Assembly (NCBI GenBank): GCA_026397235.1
Contig: JAPLVG010000014.1
Coordinates: 1 to 58,076, forward strand
Source of the DNA: Candidatus Berkelbacteria bacterium
GTDB taxonomy: Bacteria; Patescibacteriota; UBA1384; XYA2-FULL-43-10; CAINNR01
Direction: 5' to 3'
DNA length: 58,076 bases
Part shown: in pieces, positions 27,462 through 35,917 of the stretch
Position numbering within the stretch: position 1 is the stretch's first letter
Layout: each line of letters opens with the position of its first letter
Position numbers and translations under genes: made by a program
The notes under the pieces: model-generated
What the model saw: only the letters and a program-made list of their open reading frames with translations
Told to the model about the DNA's origin: nothing
Database searches by the model: none

Positions 27462-28216
27462 ACCCGCTGAATTATTAACTGGTCACCAAATTGAGTCAGT
27501 TGCCTTGATAATTTAATTCGGTCAGTGCCAAAAAGTAATAGTTCGCTTGATAGCCCAGCCAGTGATTCAATTTTTTGGACTATTACCGAGTGCGAGTCTT
27601 TTGGTAATGATCTCTCAGTTATCTGCTTATTTCCAGCAAAATAAAATAGTCGAGTTTGTGATTTGCCGGGGATAATTTCAAGTTTATCGGCATCAAAAGT
27701 TTTCATCAGAAAAAAGATTGATTTAACGAATTTTGAAATCGGAGATTTGTTATCGGTTAGATGATTTGTTGATTTACCGATAAAATTAACCTTAATTTCA
27801 TACGGGTTAGTTTGGTCAATAGGCGAGGATGCGATCTCTTCTTTTTGGTCGAAGATCACCGGGGTTTCAATCTCGTAAGAAGCGTGGCCAATCAATTTTT
27901 TATATTCTTCATCTGCCACTTCCTCTGACCCAGCCCGCACCCGAATTTTCCCTGATGGATGCCATTTAATTACATCGGTTGGCGGCATAAAAAATTCTTT
28001 ATTGTCGCCGCGCGGACTTTTAATCATTTTGGCGCCATATTTGATAATTTCAAAACTGCCAAAGTTTGATACAATCAATTTACGATCCTGGGTTAGACCT
28101 TCAACCATCGATTTAGAAAGGGCAATAATCAGTTTTTCGGCATTATCTGCATTAATTTTAAAACCCAATGTCCGCATCTCTTTCGCTAATTGTGCCGCAA
28201 ACTTTTCTTTGGTCAT
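27458..28216 (-). CDS. HU/IHF-like DNA-binding domain fused to a ~150-aa C-terminal domain
   Basis: HU signature (SNFGSFEIIKYGAKMIKSPRGDNKEFFMPPTDVIKWHPSGKIR). The C-terminus (DADKLEIIPGKSQTRLFYFAGNKQITERSLPKDSHSVIVQKIESLAGL) recalls the GspE/PilB N-terminal region. ATGA overlap with the pilX-like gene. Confidence 0.55.
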   Translation of the reverse strand: MTKEKFAAQLAKEMRTLGFKINADNAEKLIIALSKSMVEGLTQDRKLIVSNFGSFEIIKYGAKMIKSPRGDNKEFFMPPTDVIKWHPSGKIRVRAGSEEVADEEYKKLIGHASYEIETPVIFDQKEEIASSPIDQTNPYEIKVNFIGKSTNHLTDNKSPISKFVKSIFFLMKTFDADKLEIIPGKSQTRLFYFAGNKQITERSLPKDSHSVIVQKIESLAGLSSELLLFGTDRIKLSRQLTQFGDQLIIQRV

Positions 28217-28527
28217 CAGTCCTTACCAATTTACGAATCAAAACGAAATTACCAATAAATCCGTCTATAATGATTTTATCACAATTTTTTCTTATTCGTA
28301 ATTTCGTTCTTTGTTTTATTGGTAAATTAGTAAGAAGTGTTGATAAACCTGTTGATAAGCTGGGGACAGCAGAAAAAAATTTAAAATTTAAAATTTAAAA
28401 TTTGCAAAAATATCCAATGTCTAATTTCCGAATATCGCTTAGACCAATTAGATTAATTAGAACAACTAGATTAATTGTATCTTCACAACGCTAAATTGTT
28501 GTATGGTAAAAATAGAATCATTAAATG

Positions 28528-28616
28528 GAAGAAACCACACAGATACTTACACAGAAAAAGCGCAGAAAAAACAATTCTGTGTCCTGTCTGTGTCACAAGT
28601 CTGTGTAGTTTCTACA
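28528..28616. repeat. triple-word palindromic element (CACAGA x3 / TCTGTG x3)
   Basis: GAAACCACACAGA...CACAGA...GCAGAA mirrored by TTCTGTG...TCTGTG...TCTGTGTAGTTTC. Ends CTACAATATT directly before the dnaX ATG. Confidence 0.75.
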
Positions 28617-28621
28617 ATATT

Positions 28622-30238
28622 ATGTCCCTTTATCGCAAGTATCGGCCACAAAAATTTTCAGACCTAGTTGGTGAGGATCACATTCGCGACACCCTGCTTT
28701 TGGCTGTTTGCGAAAACCGAATTGGTCACGCCTACCTTTTTTCCGGACTTCGGGGGACTGGCAAGACTACTGTTGCCAGACTTTTGGCCAAATCAGCTAA
28801 TTGCCAGAATCGCGTCGAGCTAAATAAAGTCAAGAATGGTGAGCCATGCGGTGAATGTCGAAGCTGCAAAGAGATTACCCTGGGAAAATCTCTTGATATC
28901 ATTGAAATTGATGCTGCATCCAATCGGGGAATTGATGAAATTCGTGAGCTGCGTGACAAAGTAAAATTTGCCCCAGCAAACGGGGTATACAAAGTCTTTA
29001 TTATTGATGAAGTCCACATGTTGACGACGCCGGCATTCAATGCACTGCTAAAAACTTTGGAGGAGCCACCGAAACACGCAATTTTCATCTTGGCAACAAC
29101 AGAAGCTCATAAAATTCCGGCTACTATCCTATCCCGTGTTCAGCGCTTCGATTTCCGCCGGATCGGCAAGGCTGATATTATCAAAAATTTAAAAATGATT
29201 GCCCAGAAGGAAAAATTAAGTGTGACTAATGACGCATTGGAGGCAATAGCGGTTGCAGCTGATGGCAGCCATCGGGACTCAATTTCAATTTTAGAGCAAG
29301 TCGCTTCAAATTTGGCAGAAATATCAATAGAGAATGTTCGAAACTCACTGGGTCTGGCCAGAAGCGAAGAAATCATTGATTTAATCTCTTTGATTGCTGA
29401 AAACAAGCGCCAAGAAGCAATTAAAATCGTCGGTGAATTTATTGAAGTTGGTGTTGAGGCCAATCAAATCATTAGGGAAATTATTGAAATCCTGCGTCAG
29501 ACTTTACTGATTAAAATTTCATCTGGCGAAGTTAGTTTTGACCAAACGAAGGAAAGAATTGATGATCTTACCAATTTATCCAAGAAATTTTCTGCCCTAG
29601 AGCTGAATAAAATACTATCAATTTTCATCGAAGCTGGTCAGCTATTAAAAGATTCGCCAATTCGCACTCTGCCGATTGAGATGGGAATAATAGAGGCAGC
29701 AGAGTTGTTACAAGTGACAAGTAACAAGATACAAGATGCAAACAAATCCGAAATTCGAAATCCGAATGTCGAAGAAAATCCTAAGCCCAAAATCCAAATG
29801 TCAAGTGAAGTTCAAAATTCAAAACCTGAAATAAAGCCGAAAGAGATCATTGAAAAAAAGATTTCAAAACCGAAAATTGAGGCTGAGTCTGCAGGTGAAA
29901 TTAAAATACTAGACGAACAGTTATGGAAAAATATTCTAGAAAAAACCAAAGAGCATAATCACAGCTTAAATGCACTATTGAGAGATGCTAAACCGGAGGG
30001 AATTGCCGGTGATCAGATTTTTATTAGTGTGCGTTTTAAGTTTCATCATGATAAGATTATTGAAATTAAAAATCGGGAAATATTGGAGAAAATTGCTTCA
30101 GAAGTTTTGGGTTACAAATGTATCATCAAATGCCAGATACAGGAAAGGAAGCCAGCCAGTAAGATAATCAGCCAGCCAGCAAATCAGCAAGAGGATTTGG
30201 AAAGGGCTGCGAAAGAAATGTTCGAGGTGGAAAATTAA
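28622..30238 (+). CDS. dnaX: DNA polymerase III gamma/tau subunit
   Basis: MSLYRKYRPQKFSDLVGEDH, Walker A GLRGTGKTT, zinc module CGECRSC, DEVHML, SRVQRF. The track start at 28475 reads through the upstream repeat. Confidence 0.93.
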   Translation: MSLYRKYRPQKFSDLVGEDHIRDTLLLAVCENRIGHAYLFSGLRGTGKTTVARLLAKSANCQNRVELNKVKNGEPCGECRSCKEITLGKSLDIIEIDAASNRGIDEIRELRDKVKFAPANGVYKVFIIDEVHMLTTPAFNALLKTLEEPPKHAIFILATTEAHKIPATILSRVQRFDFRRIGKADIIKNLKMIAQKEKLSVTNDALEAIAVAADGSHRDSISILEQVASNLAEISIENVRNSLGLARSEEIIDLISLIAENKRQEAIKIVGEFIEVGVEANQIIREIIEILRQTLLIKISSGEVSFDQTKERIDDLTNLSKKFSALELNKILSIFIEAGQLLKDSPIRTLPIEMGIIEAAELLQVTSNKIQDANKSEIRNPNVEENPKPKIQMSSEVQNSKPEIKPKEIIEKKISKPKIEAESAGEIKILDEQLWKNILEKTKEHNHSLNALLRDAKPEGIAGDQIFISVRFKFHHDKIIEIKNREILEKIASEVLGYKCIIKCQIQERKPASKIISQPANQQEDLERAAKEMFEVEN

Positions 30239-30248
30239 GCGGAAATTC

Positions 30249-30326
30249 GTACACGGATTTATCACACGGATTTTCACGGACAAAACTTTCCAATCCGTGC
30301 TGTTCCGTGTAGTTGATCCGTGATAG
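30249..30326. repeat. triple-word palindromic element (CACGGA x3 / TCCGTG x3)
   Basis: Located between dnaX and dnaB. Same architecture as the CACAGA elements but with a different word. Confidence 0.7.
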
Positions 30327-30344
30327 AATCTCAATATAAATATT

Positions 30345-31736
30345 ATGCCAAAATCAAAAAAACAAAATCATATCGTTGGGGCCAAGTTGCCACCGCAAAA
30401 TCCGGAGGCGGAGAATGCTGTCGTTGGTGCACTTTTAATAGACAAAGATGCTATTTTATCAGTCGTTGAAATATTATCCGCTGATGATTTTTACGATGAT
30501 CGCAATGCAACTATCTATCGGGCAATTCTGGCATTATTCGAAAAACGAACGCCAATTGACATGGTGACGTTGACTGATCAACTGGAAAAAGAAAAAGAGC
30601 TAACTAACGTTGGTGGCTCGACCCACATTGTCTCAATCGTCAATTCAACGCCGTCGGCGGCCAATGTGACTCACTGGGCAAATATTGTCCGTAATAAGGC
30701 AATATTGCGTCGCTTGATTACTTCTGCGGTGACAATATCCGATCTCGGATTTGATGAAGAGGATGATGTTTCAGCCGTGTTAGATAAAGCTGAGCAATCA
30801 CTTTTTGCCGTGTCGCAGAAATTTTTCCGGCAGAAATTTATTCCGATTAAAGATGTTTTGACTGAAGCCTTCGATCGAATTGATAAAATTCACAAAGAAA
30901 AAGGCGCGTTGCGCGGAATTTCCACTGGTTTTCGTGATTTAGACGCCAAGCTTGCGGGTTTGCAGAAATCCGACCTGCTAATCATTGCTGCCAGGCCATC
31001 CATGGGCAAAACTTCACTGGCGTTAAATATCGCCGAGCAAATTTCTGTCGAAGATAAGATTCCGATAGCCTTCTTTTCACTGGAAATGTCAAAGGAACAG
31101 CTGGTTGATCGCTTGATCTCATCGCAAGCTGGTGTTGATTCCTGGAAACTGCGAACCGGAAATTTATCAGACGAAGATTTTCCCAAGATCGGCTACGCCA
31201 TGGGAACATTATCAGAAGCGCCGTTTTTCATTGATGATTCGCCGGGCTTAACTGTTACAGAAATTCGGGCCAAAGCCCGAAGATTACAAATGGAACAGAA
31301 TCTCGGCGTAATTTTTGTTGATTATTTGCAGTTAATTGAAGGCCGGTCAAAATCCGGCGATCCGAATCGCGTCCAAGAAATCTCCGAGATCTCAAGGTCG
31401 CTAAAAAATCTGGCCCGCGAACTGGACATTCCGGTGGTGGCACTATCGCAACTTTCCCGTGCCGTTGAACACAGGCCGGACAAACGGCCGCAACTTTCCG
31501 ACCTTCGTGAATCTGGATCCATTGAACAAGATGCAGACGTTGTAATGTTCATTTACCGCGACGATTATTATGATGAAAACTCGGACAAAAAAGGCGTGAC
31601 GGAAATTCTCATCCGCAAACACCGAAATGGTCCAATCGGCAATGTCGACTTATATTTCAACGCCGAACAAATGCGCTTTCGTGATTTAGCCCGAACACCA
31701 AAGAGCGGCCCAACCGACTTTGGCCCAGAAGATTGA
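30345..31736 (+). CDS. dnaB: replicative DNA helicase
   Basis: PPQNPEAENAVVGALL N-terminus, Walker A ARPSMGKTS, and the DnaB C-terminal RecA-like motifs. Confidence 0.95.
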   Translation: MPKSKKQNHIVGAKLPPQNPEAENAVVGALLIDKDAILSVVEILSADDFYDDRNATIYRAILALFEKRTPIDMVTLTDQLEKEKELTNVGGSTHIVSIVNSTPSAANVTHWANIVRNKAILRRLITSAVTISDLGFDEEDDVSAVLDKAEQSLFAVSQKFFRQKFIPIKDVLTEAFDRIDKIHKEKGALRGISTGFRDLDAKLAGLQKSDLLIIAARPSMGKTSLALNIAEQISVEDKIPIAFFSLEMSKEQLVDRLISSQAGVDSWKLRTGNLSDEDFPKIGYAMGTLSEAPFFIDDSPGLTVTEIRAKARRLQMEQNLGVIFVDYLQLIEGRSKSGDPNRVQEISEISRSLKNLARELDIPVVALSQLSRAVEHRPDKRPQLSDLRESGSIEQDADVVMFIYRDDYYDENSDKKGVTEILIRKHRNGPIGNVDLYFNAEQMRFRDLARTPKSGPTDFGPED

Positions 31737-31860
31737 GCAAAGTCGAAGTCTGCTGAAAGTGACCCTGTGGGGACTAATATCTAATTAACCTAATTCCTAA
31801 ATAGTATCGAATCTCTAAAAAAAGCGGCGGGCTAATTGCCTGTCGCTTGTGGATCGGTTG

Positions 31861-32076
31861 TCAGGGACGGGTAACATTTTTGAGCAGATATGCCACCCCT
31901 AACCCGAGTATAATAGTCCCGGAACCGAGAATACATGCACCTGACACCGTTTCGCCGTTGAAAAGGGCTACGGCTGCGATAGCAATTGCGACGATTCCCA
32001 TGACTATGGCGATGACTGCGAGTATGTATCCCCAGTCCGACTTGTCGAGTGGACGAGCGGTTGATTTGTCAAGCAT
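31861..32076 (-). CDS. small membrane protein, G+C-rich (71 aa from the internal ATG)
   Basis: GGAAGGAGA SD upstream of the ATG at 32076; two TM helices. Its start overlaps the stop of the upstream gene (ATGCTTGA). Confidence 0.45.
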   Translation of the reverse strand: MLDKSTARPLDKSDWGYILAVIAIVMGIVAIAIAAVALFNGETVSGACILGSGTIILGLGVAYLLKNVTRP

Positions 32077-32254
32077 TCGAAGCGTCTCCTTCCTCTCGTT
32101 GACGGGCACAGCCGCAACAAAACGTCACCCAGCCTGAGAAGATCAATCCCGCGCCAATGATTGGCTGGCTGATAAAGCAGACAAAGCCTATCACTGCTAC
32201 TACTAGGCCACTACAGATCATCATCCAATTCAGTGTGATTTGCACCTGTCTCAC
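32069..32254 (-). CDS. small membrane protein, G+C-rich (58-61 aa)
   Basis: GAGGTG SD before the second GTG (32245); two TM helices and a CCGC motif. Confidence 0.45.
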   Translation of the reverse strand: MRQVQITLNWMMICSGLVVAVIGFVCFISQPIIGAGLIFSGWVTFCCGCARQREEGDASNA

Positions 32255-32291
32255 CTCAGTGGTTTAGTACCAACTGATTATTTCTATCAGA

Positions 32292-33095
32292 TTATTTATT
32301 TTTTTGCAACAAAATATAGGGGGCGCGGATGATTTTCATCAACGCAGTTTGAAAACTGCTGTAATGTTTTTGCCAGTAGTAATCCTGGCTTTTGTAATAG
32401 AACTTTTTTTTCTCGAACGAAGTCGAACTCTGACCCTCGAAGTGAATGATTTTTGCCGTCGTCAGCACAGCATTTTTGTAGCCCAATTTCGTAATTCGGC
32501 GGCACAAATCATCGTCTTCAATGTACATGAAAAAGTTTTCGTCGAAACCGCTAATTTTTTCAAATAACTCTCTTTTTAGCATCATAGCCGCACCGGAAAC
32601 CATATCAACATAGAAAAAATCCTTTGACAAATCAACAGGAAGATTCCACCAGCGTTTGATTGTTATACCGGCGAGATGCTGGAAATTACCGAAAAAATTT
32701 CGCTGAAGTTTTTTATCCGGATGATATAACAAAGATGTCACTGCCCCAACCTCAGAGTGTTTGGCTAAAAAGTCGAGCATTTTTTCTATGGCATCATCGC
32801 AAACTTCAATGTCAGGGTTCAATAGTAGAAGATATTCTCCTTTGGCTTCTTTGGCACCGAGATTATTGCCGGCGCCGTAACCTTTATTTTCTTTGGCCTT
32901 AATAACTTTTACATTTTTAAATCTTTCAAATTCCTTTTGGAAAACTAATGCGTTATTATTCCCTGGATCGTTGTCTACAAGAATTATTTCAAATTTCAAA
33001 TGCTCAAGACGTTTTTCCAAGTCAAAAACAAGTGGGAGTGAGTACTTCTGGCTTTTATAGTCAACGATGATTATTGAGAGTTCTGGTTTGTCCAT
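32292..33095 (-). CDS. GT2-family glycosyltransferase
   Basis: LSIIIVDYKS, DNDPGN, GAGNNLG and YIEDDDLC motifs. Confidence 0.8.
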   Translation of the reverse strand: MDKPELSIIIVDYKSQKYSLPLVFDLEKRLEHLKFEIILVDNDPGNNNALVFQKEFERFKNVKVIKAKENKGYGAGNNLGAKEAKGEYLLLLNPDIEVCDDAIEKMLDFLAKHSEVGAVTSLLYHPDKKLQRNFFGNFQHLAGITIKRWWNLPVDLSKDFFYVDMVSGAAMMLKRELFEKISGFDENFFMYIEDDDLCRRITKLGYKNAVLTTAKIIHFEGQSSTSFEKKKFYYKSQDYYWQKHYSSFQTALMKIIRAPYILLQKNK

Positions 33096-34525
33096 TTATT
33101 TTTGATTGATGATAAATATTCTCGAATCAGCTCTTTTGGCATGGCGTCAATTTGGTAGGCAAGCAGTAGATAAAGCGAGGTGCTAACTATCATTGCCAAA
33201 ATGAAATAGACTCCGATTTGGCGAAGAAAGATTCCCAGCGTGATTGAAATTGCGGCGGAGAAAATTAGTTTGGCTATACGGAGGAGGTCAATTCTGATCG
33301 GAATAATTTTTTTAGTTTTAAAGTAACCGAGGCAAAATAGGAGAATTTCTGATGCCAGCGTTGTAGCGCCAGCGGCGTAAAAAGAGTAAAGCGGAATTAA
33401 AATAATATTGCTGACGACATTGAAAGTTAAAACGATTACCGCCATTAGCAACAAATATTTTCGGGAATCCTTGGCGATTAGAACTTCGCTTAGCATGGTA
33501 TTTAAATAAATAAAAATCGCGGCTATTGATAGGACGATAATCACCGGCGCACCGGATAAAAAAGTGCTATTTGAAAGAAAAATCATTATTTCTCGAGAAA
33601 ACGGCAGACAAATTGTGACTAAAACCAGTGCCATGGAAATCATGAAAGTTATGCCGCTCGAGGTCGCTCTGCCGGCTTTCTCTTTATCATTGTTTATTGT
33701 TGCGGATAGTAGCGGCTTTAGCGAATATGCCAAATAAGCGGCGGCGAACATTGTGGTTTCCAAAACCCGATAGGCGACGGCGTAGATTCCAACATCAGAA
33801 GCGCCTTTAAAATAGAAGAGAATTAGTGTGTCGACTTTGAAATAAAAATTATTGAGAATAAAAATCATTCCAAAAGGCAGTGAGAGTTTAATGATATCGC
33901 CGGCAATCTTCGGATCCCAGCCGAAGTGAGGAATTTCATCTGTTGTAGCCAAAAAATATTTAATTAGAATTGTGACGATTGTTGCCAGCGAAATGGTGGC
34001 AATTATCCAATTGAAATCAAGTTTGAAAATTACAACTGCGGTTAAGGCGGAAAGTGAGACAATCTTGGCGACAATTTCAGCAATGGTAACTTTTTTCATC
34101 TCTAATCTAGTCTGAAATATGATGTCAAAAATACTGCCGACCAAATTAAGAAACAGAAATAGGGAAGCGATCAAGACACCCTGTTTGATAATTGTCGGAT
34201 AGCCTGTTAGTTGGGCAATGATAACAGCGATAATTGTTATCGCCAGAGCGCTAATTAATCTAATTGTAAAAATATTATTTAGTAATGCTCGTCGCTTTTC
34301 CGGATATTTGGCGATTTCCCGAACGCCAATCGAAAAAAGACCAAAATCAGCGATGGTAATGAAAAACGACAGGTAGGTAATAATTGTATTGTAGTAACCA
34401 GTGCCTTCGGTGCCGACGTAGTTTGATATTAGTTTGATGGTAACCAAGGACATTATCAAAACAATCATCCGGCCGATGATTTGTACCACAACATTTCCGG
34501 CAATAGTATTTCGTTCGTTTTCCAT
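33071..34525 (-). CDS. Wzx-like oligosaccharide/polysaccharide flippase (MOP superfamily)
   Basis: About 12-14 TM helices with a typical N-terminus (NVVVQIIGRMIVLIMSLVTIKLISNYVGTEGTGYY). Confidence 0.75.
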   Translation of the reverse strand: MENERNTIAGNVVVQIIGRMIVLIMSLVTIKLISNYVGTEGTGYYNTIITYLSFFITIADFGLFSIGVREIAKYPEKRRALLNNIFTIRLISALAITIIAVIIAQLTGYPTIIKQGVLIASLFLFLNLVGSIFDIIFQTRLEMKKVTIAEIVAKIVSLSALTAVVIFKLDFNWIIATISLATIVTILIKYFLATTDEIPHFGWDPKIAGDIIKLSLPFGMIFILNNFYFKVDTLILFYFKGASDVGIYAVAYRVLETTMFAAAYLAYSLKPLLSATINNDKEKAGRATSSGITFMISMALVLVTICLPFSREIMIFLSNSTFLSGAPVIIVLSIAAIFIYLNTMLSEVLIAKDSRKYLLLMAVIVLTFNVVSNIILIPLYSFYAAGATTLASEILLFCLGYFKTKKIIPIRIDLLRIAKLIFSAAISITLGIFLRQIGVYFILAMIVSTSLYLLLAYQIDAMPKELIREYLSSIKNKWTNQNSQ

Positions 34526-34644
34526 TAGTTTTTTGTTAACTATTATTTACCAGTGAACTTTCCTTATTATGGCAATTTTCTGTTGATTTTTCAAGCTCCA
34601 CACTTTACATTTTGGTCGTTTAGCAGGTATTATAAAAATAATTT

Positions 34645-35877
34645 ATGGTAAAAAATCTAACAATAAAAAAAATCATTACTGTTTTGGTCACCCTCTTTTT
34701 TCTTTTTCTGCCATTCGAGCGACTCTTAACTTTCGAAATATTTGGTCTGACAGCCAAAATCTCTTTTTTAATTTTGATGCTTATCGTTTTGGTCTATTTT
34801 GTTTTGCGTCTTGGACCGACGTTGGCAACAGAAGATAAGATTTTATTGGCATTTTCAGCCTTATCATATCTTTCAGTTTTCTGGTCAATTGATCAGCTGC
34901 GATCATTAATTATCGCCACGATCTTTTCAGCCACTTTTTTAGGTTTTATCGCTCTTCGGCGTTTTTTGACTCCTCAAAATATAGAAATTGCCAAAACAAT
35001 TCTCATTTTTTGGGGTTTTGCTCTTTGTTTTTTTGCGCTCTGGCAATATTTTGGAGATCTGCATAATTTGCCGTTGACTTTTTTACGGGAGCGATATACA
35101 AAAATTGTGTTTGGTTTTCCCAGGCCGCAAGCAACATTTTTGGAACCGCTTTATTTTGCTAATTTCCTTTTTATGCCGATCTTTTTCAGTCTGGAGAGAT
35201 TTATAAAATCAGAAAAGATTAATTGGTTTTTGTCACTTAATATTTTTCTACTGCTGATGGTCGAAGTCCTGACCTTGTCGCGGGGTGCCTATTTTTCGCT
35301 GGCTTTTGCAATAATAATCCTTGTAATTTTTGTTGGTTTGAAGTTCAAAAAATATCTTAAACAGCTTTTGATTGCACTCGGGATAGGAGTTTTGGGTATA
35401 ATCGGAGCAGTATTCATTATTTATTCATCTGCCAGTCATCGTGACTTTCAAATATTTGTGCAACATGCCGGCGCTACTGATGTTGCTGGCGAGTCAACAG
35501 TTGCTCGTTTGAGCTATTCATCCATCGCTTGGAGCAATTTTAAGAAACAGCCATGGGGGATTGGTACCGGCGCTTTTGGCGCACTGCCGGAATTTTCTGA
35601 TAAATTATTAGCCGGTAACTATCAAACAGTTGGCAATTTATATTTAGAGATATTGGTTGAAGAGGGAATTATCGGGTTATTGCTATTTTTGTTTTTCCTA
35701 TTTATAAATCTGAAATATTTCTGGCAAAATATCAAAGTAAAAAAAATTGAAAGTCTAATTTTAATGGTTGTCTTTGTCGCGATATTTATTCAAGCGGTAT
35801 CGTTCTCTGCACTTTATATCATCCCAATCTGGGCCTTTCTGGCTCTGGCCCGGCCAACAAGAATGGATGACCAATGA
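34645..35877 (+). CDS. O-antigen ligase/polymerase-like (Wzy_C) membrane protein 1
   Basis: Polytopic protein; TLSRGAYFSLAFAIIIL loop motif. Confidence 0.7.
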   Translation: MVKNLTIKKIITVLVTLFFLFLPFERLLTFEIFGLTAKISFLILMLIVLVYFVLRLGPTLATEDKILLAFSALSYLSVFWSIDQLRSLIIATIFSATFLGFIALRRFLTPQNIEIAKTILIFWGFALCFFALWQYFGDLHNLPLTFLRERYTKIVFGFPRPQATFLEPLYFANFLFMPIFFSLERFIKSEKINWFLSLNIFLLLMVEVLTLSRGAYFSLAFAIIILVIFVGLKFKKYLKQLLIALGIGVLGIIGAVFIIYSSASHRDFQIFVQHAGATDVAGESTVARLSYSSIAWSNFKKQPWGIGTGAFGALPEFSDKLLAGNYQTVGNLYLEILVEEGIIGLLLFLFFLFINLKYFWQNIKVKKIESLILMVVFVAIFIQAVSFSALYIIPIWAFLALARPTRMDDQ

Positions 35878-35917
35878 GACGAATTGGTTCTTGGTAATTT
35901 TGTGCTAAAATATAGTT

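Noticed and set aside
28378-28405. Short AT-rich tandem repeats (AATTTAA x3.5 here; TAGAAAT x3 at ~26405-26440) considered as a CRISPR or satellite
   Set aside because: They are too short, have no spacers, and fit low-complexity AT-rich intergenic sequence. No CRISPR array is present anywhere in the window.
28475-28621. N-terminal 49 residues of the track ORF for dnaX (MYLHNAKLLYGKNRIIKWKKPHRYLHRKSAEKTILCPVCV...)
   Set aside because: This is a translation of the triple-word palindromic repeat. DnaX homologues start at MSLYRKYRPQKF (28622). The same artefact affects 38859-38891 (GT4), 53357-53389 (rpsR), 8859-8945 (dnaE) and 23603-23677, where a terminator lies inside the ORF.
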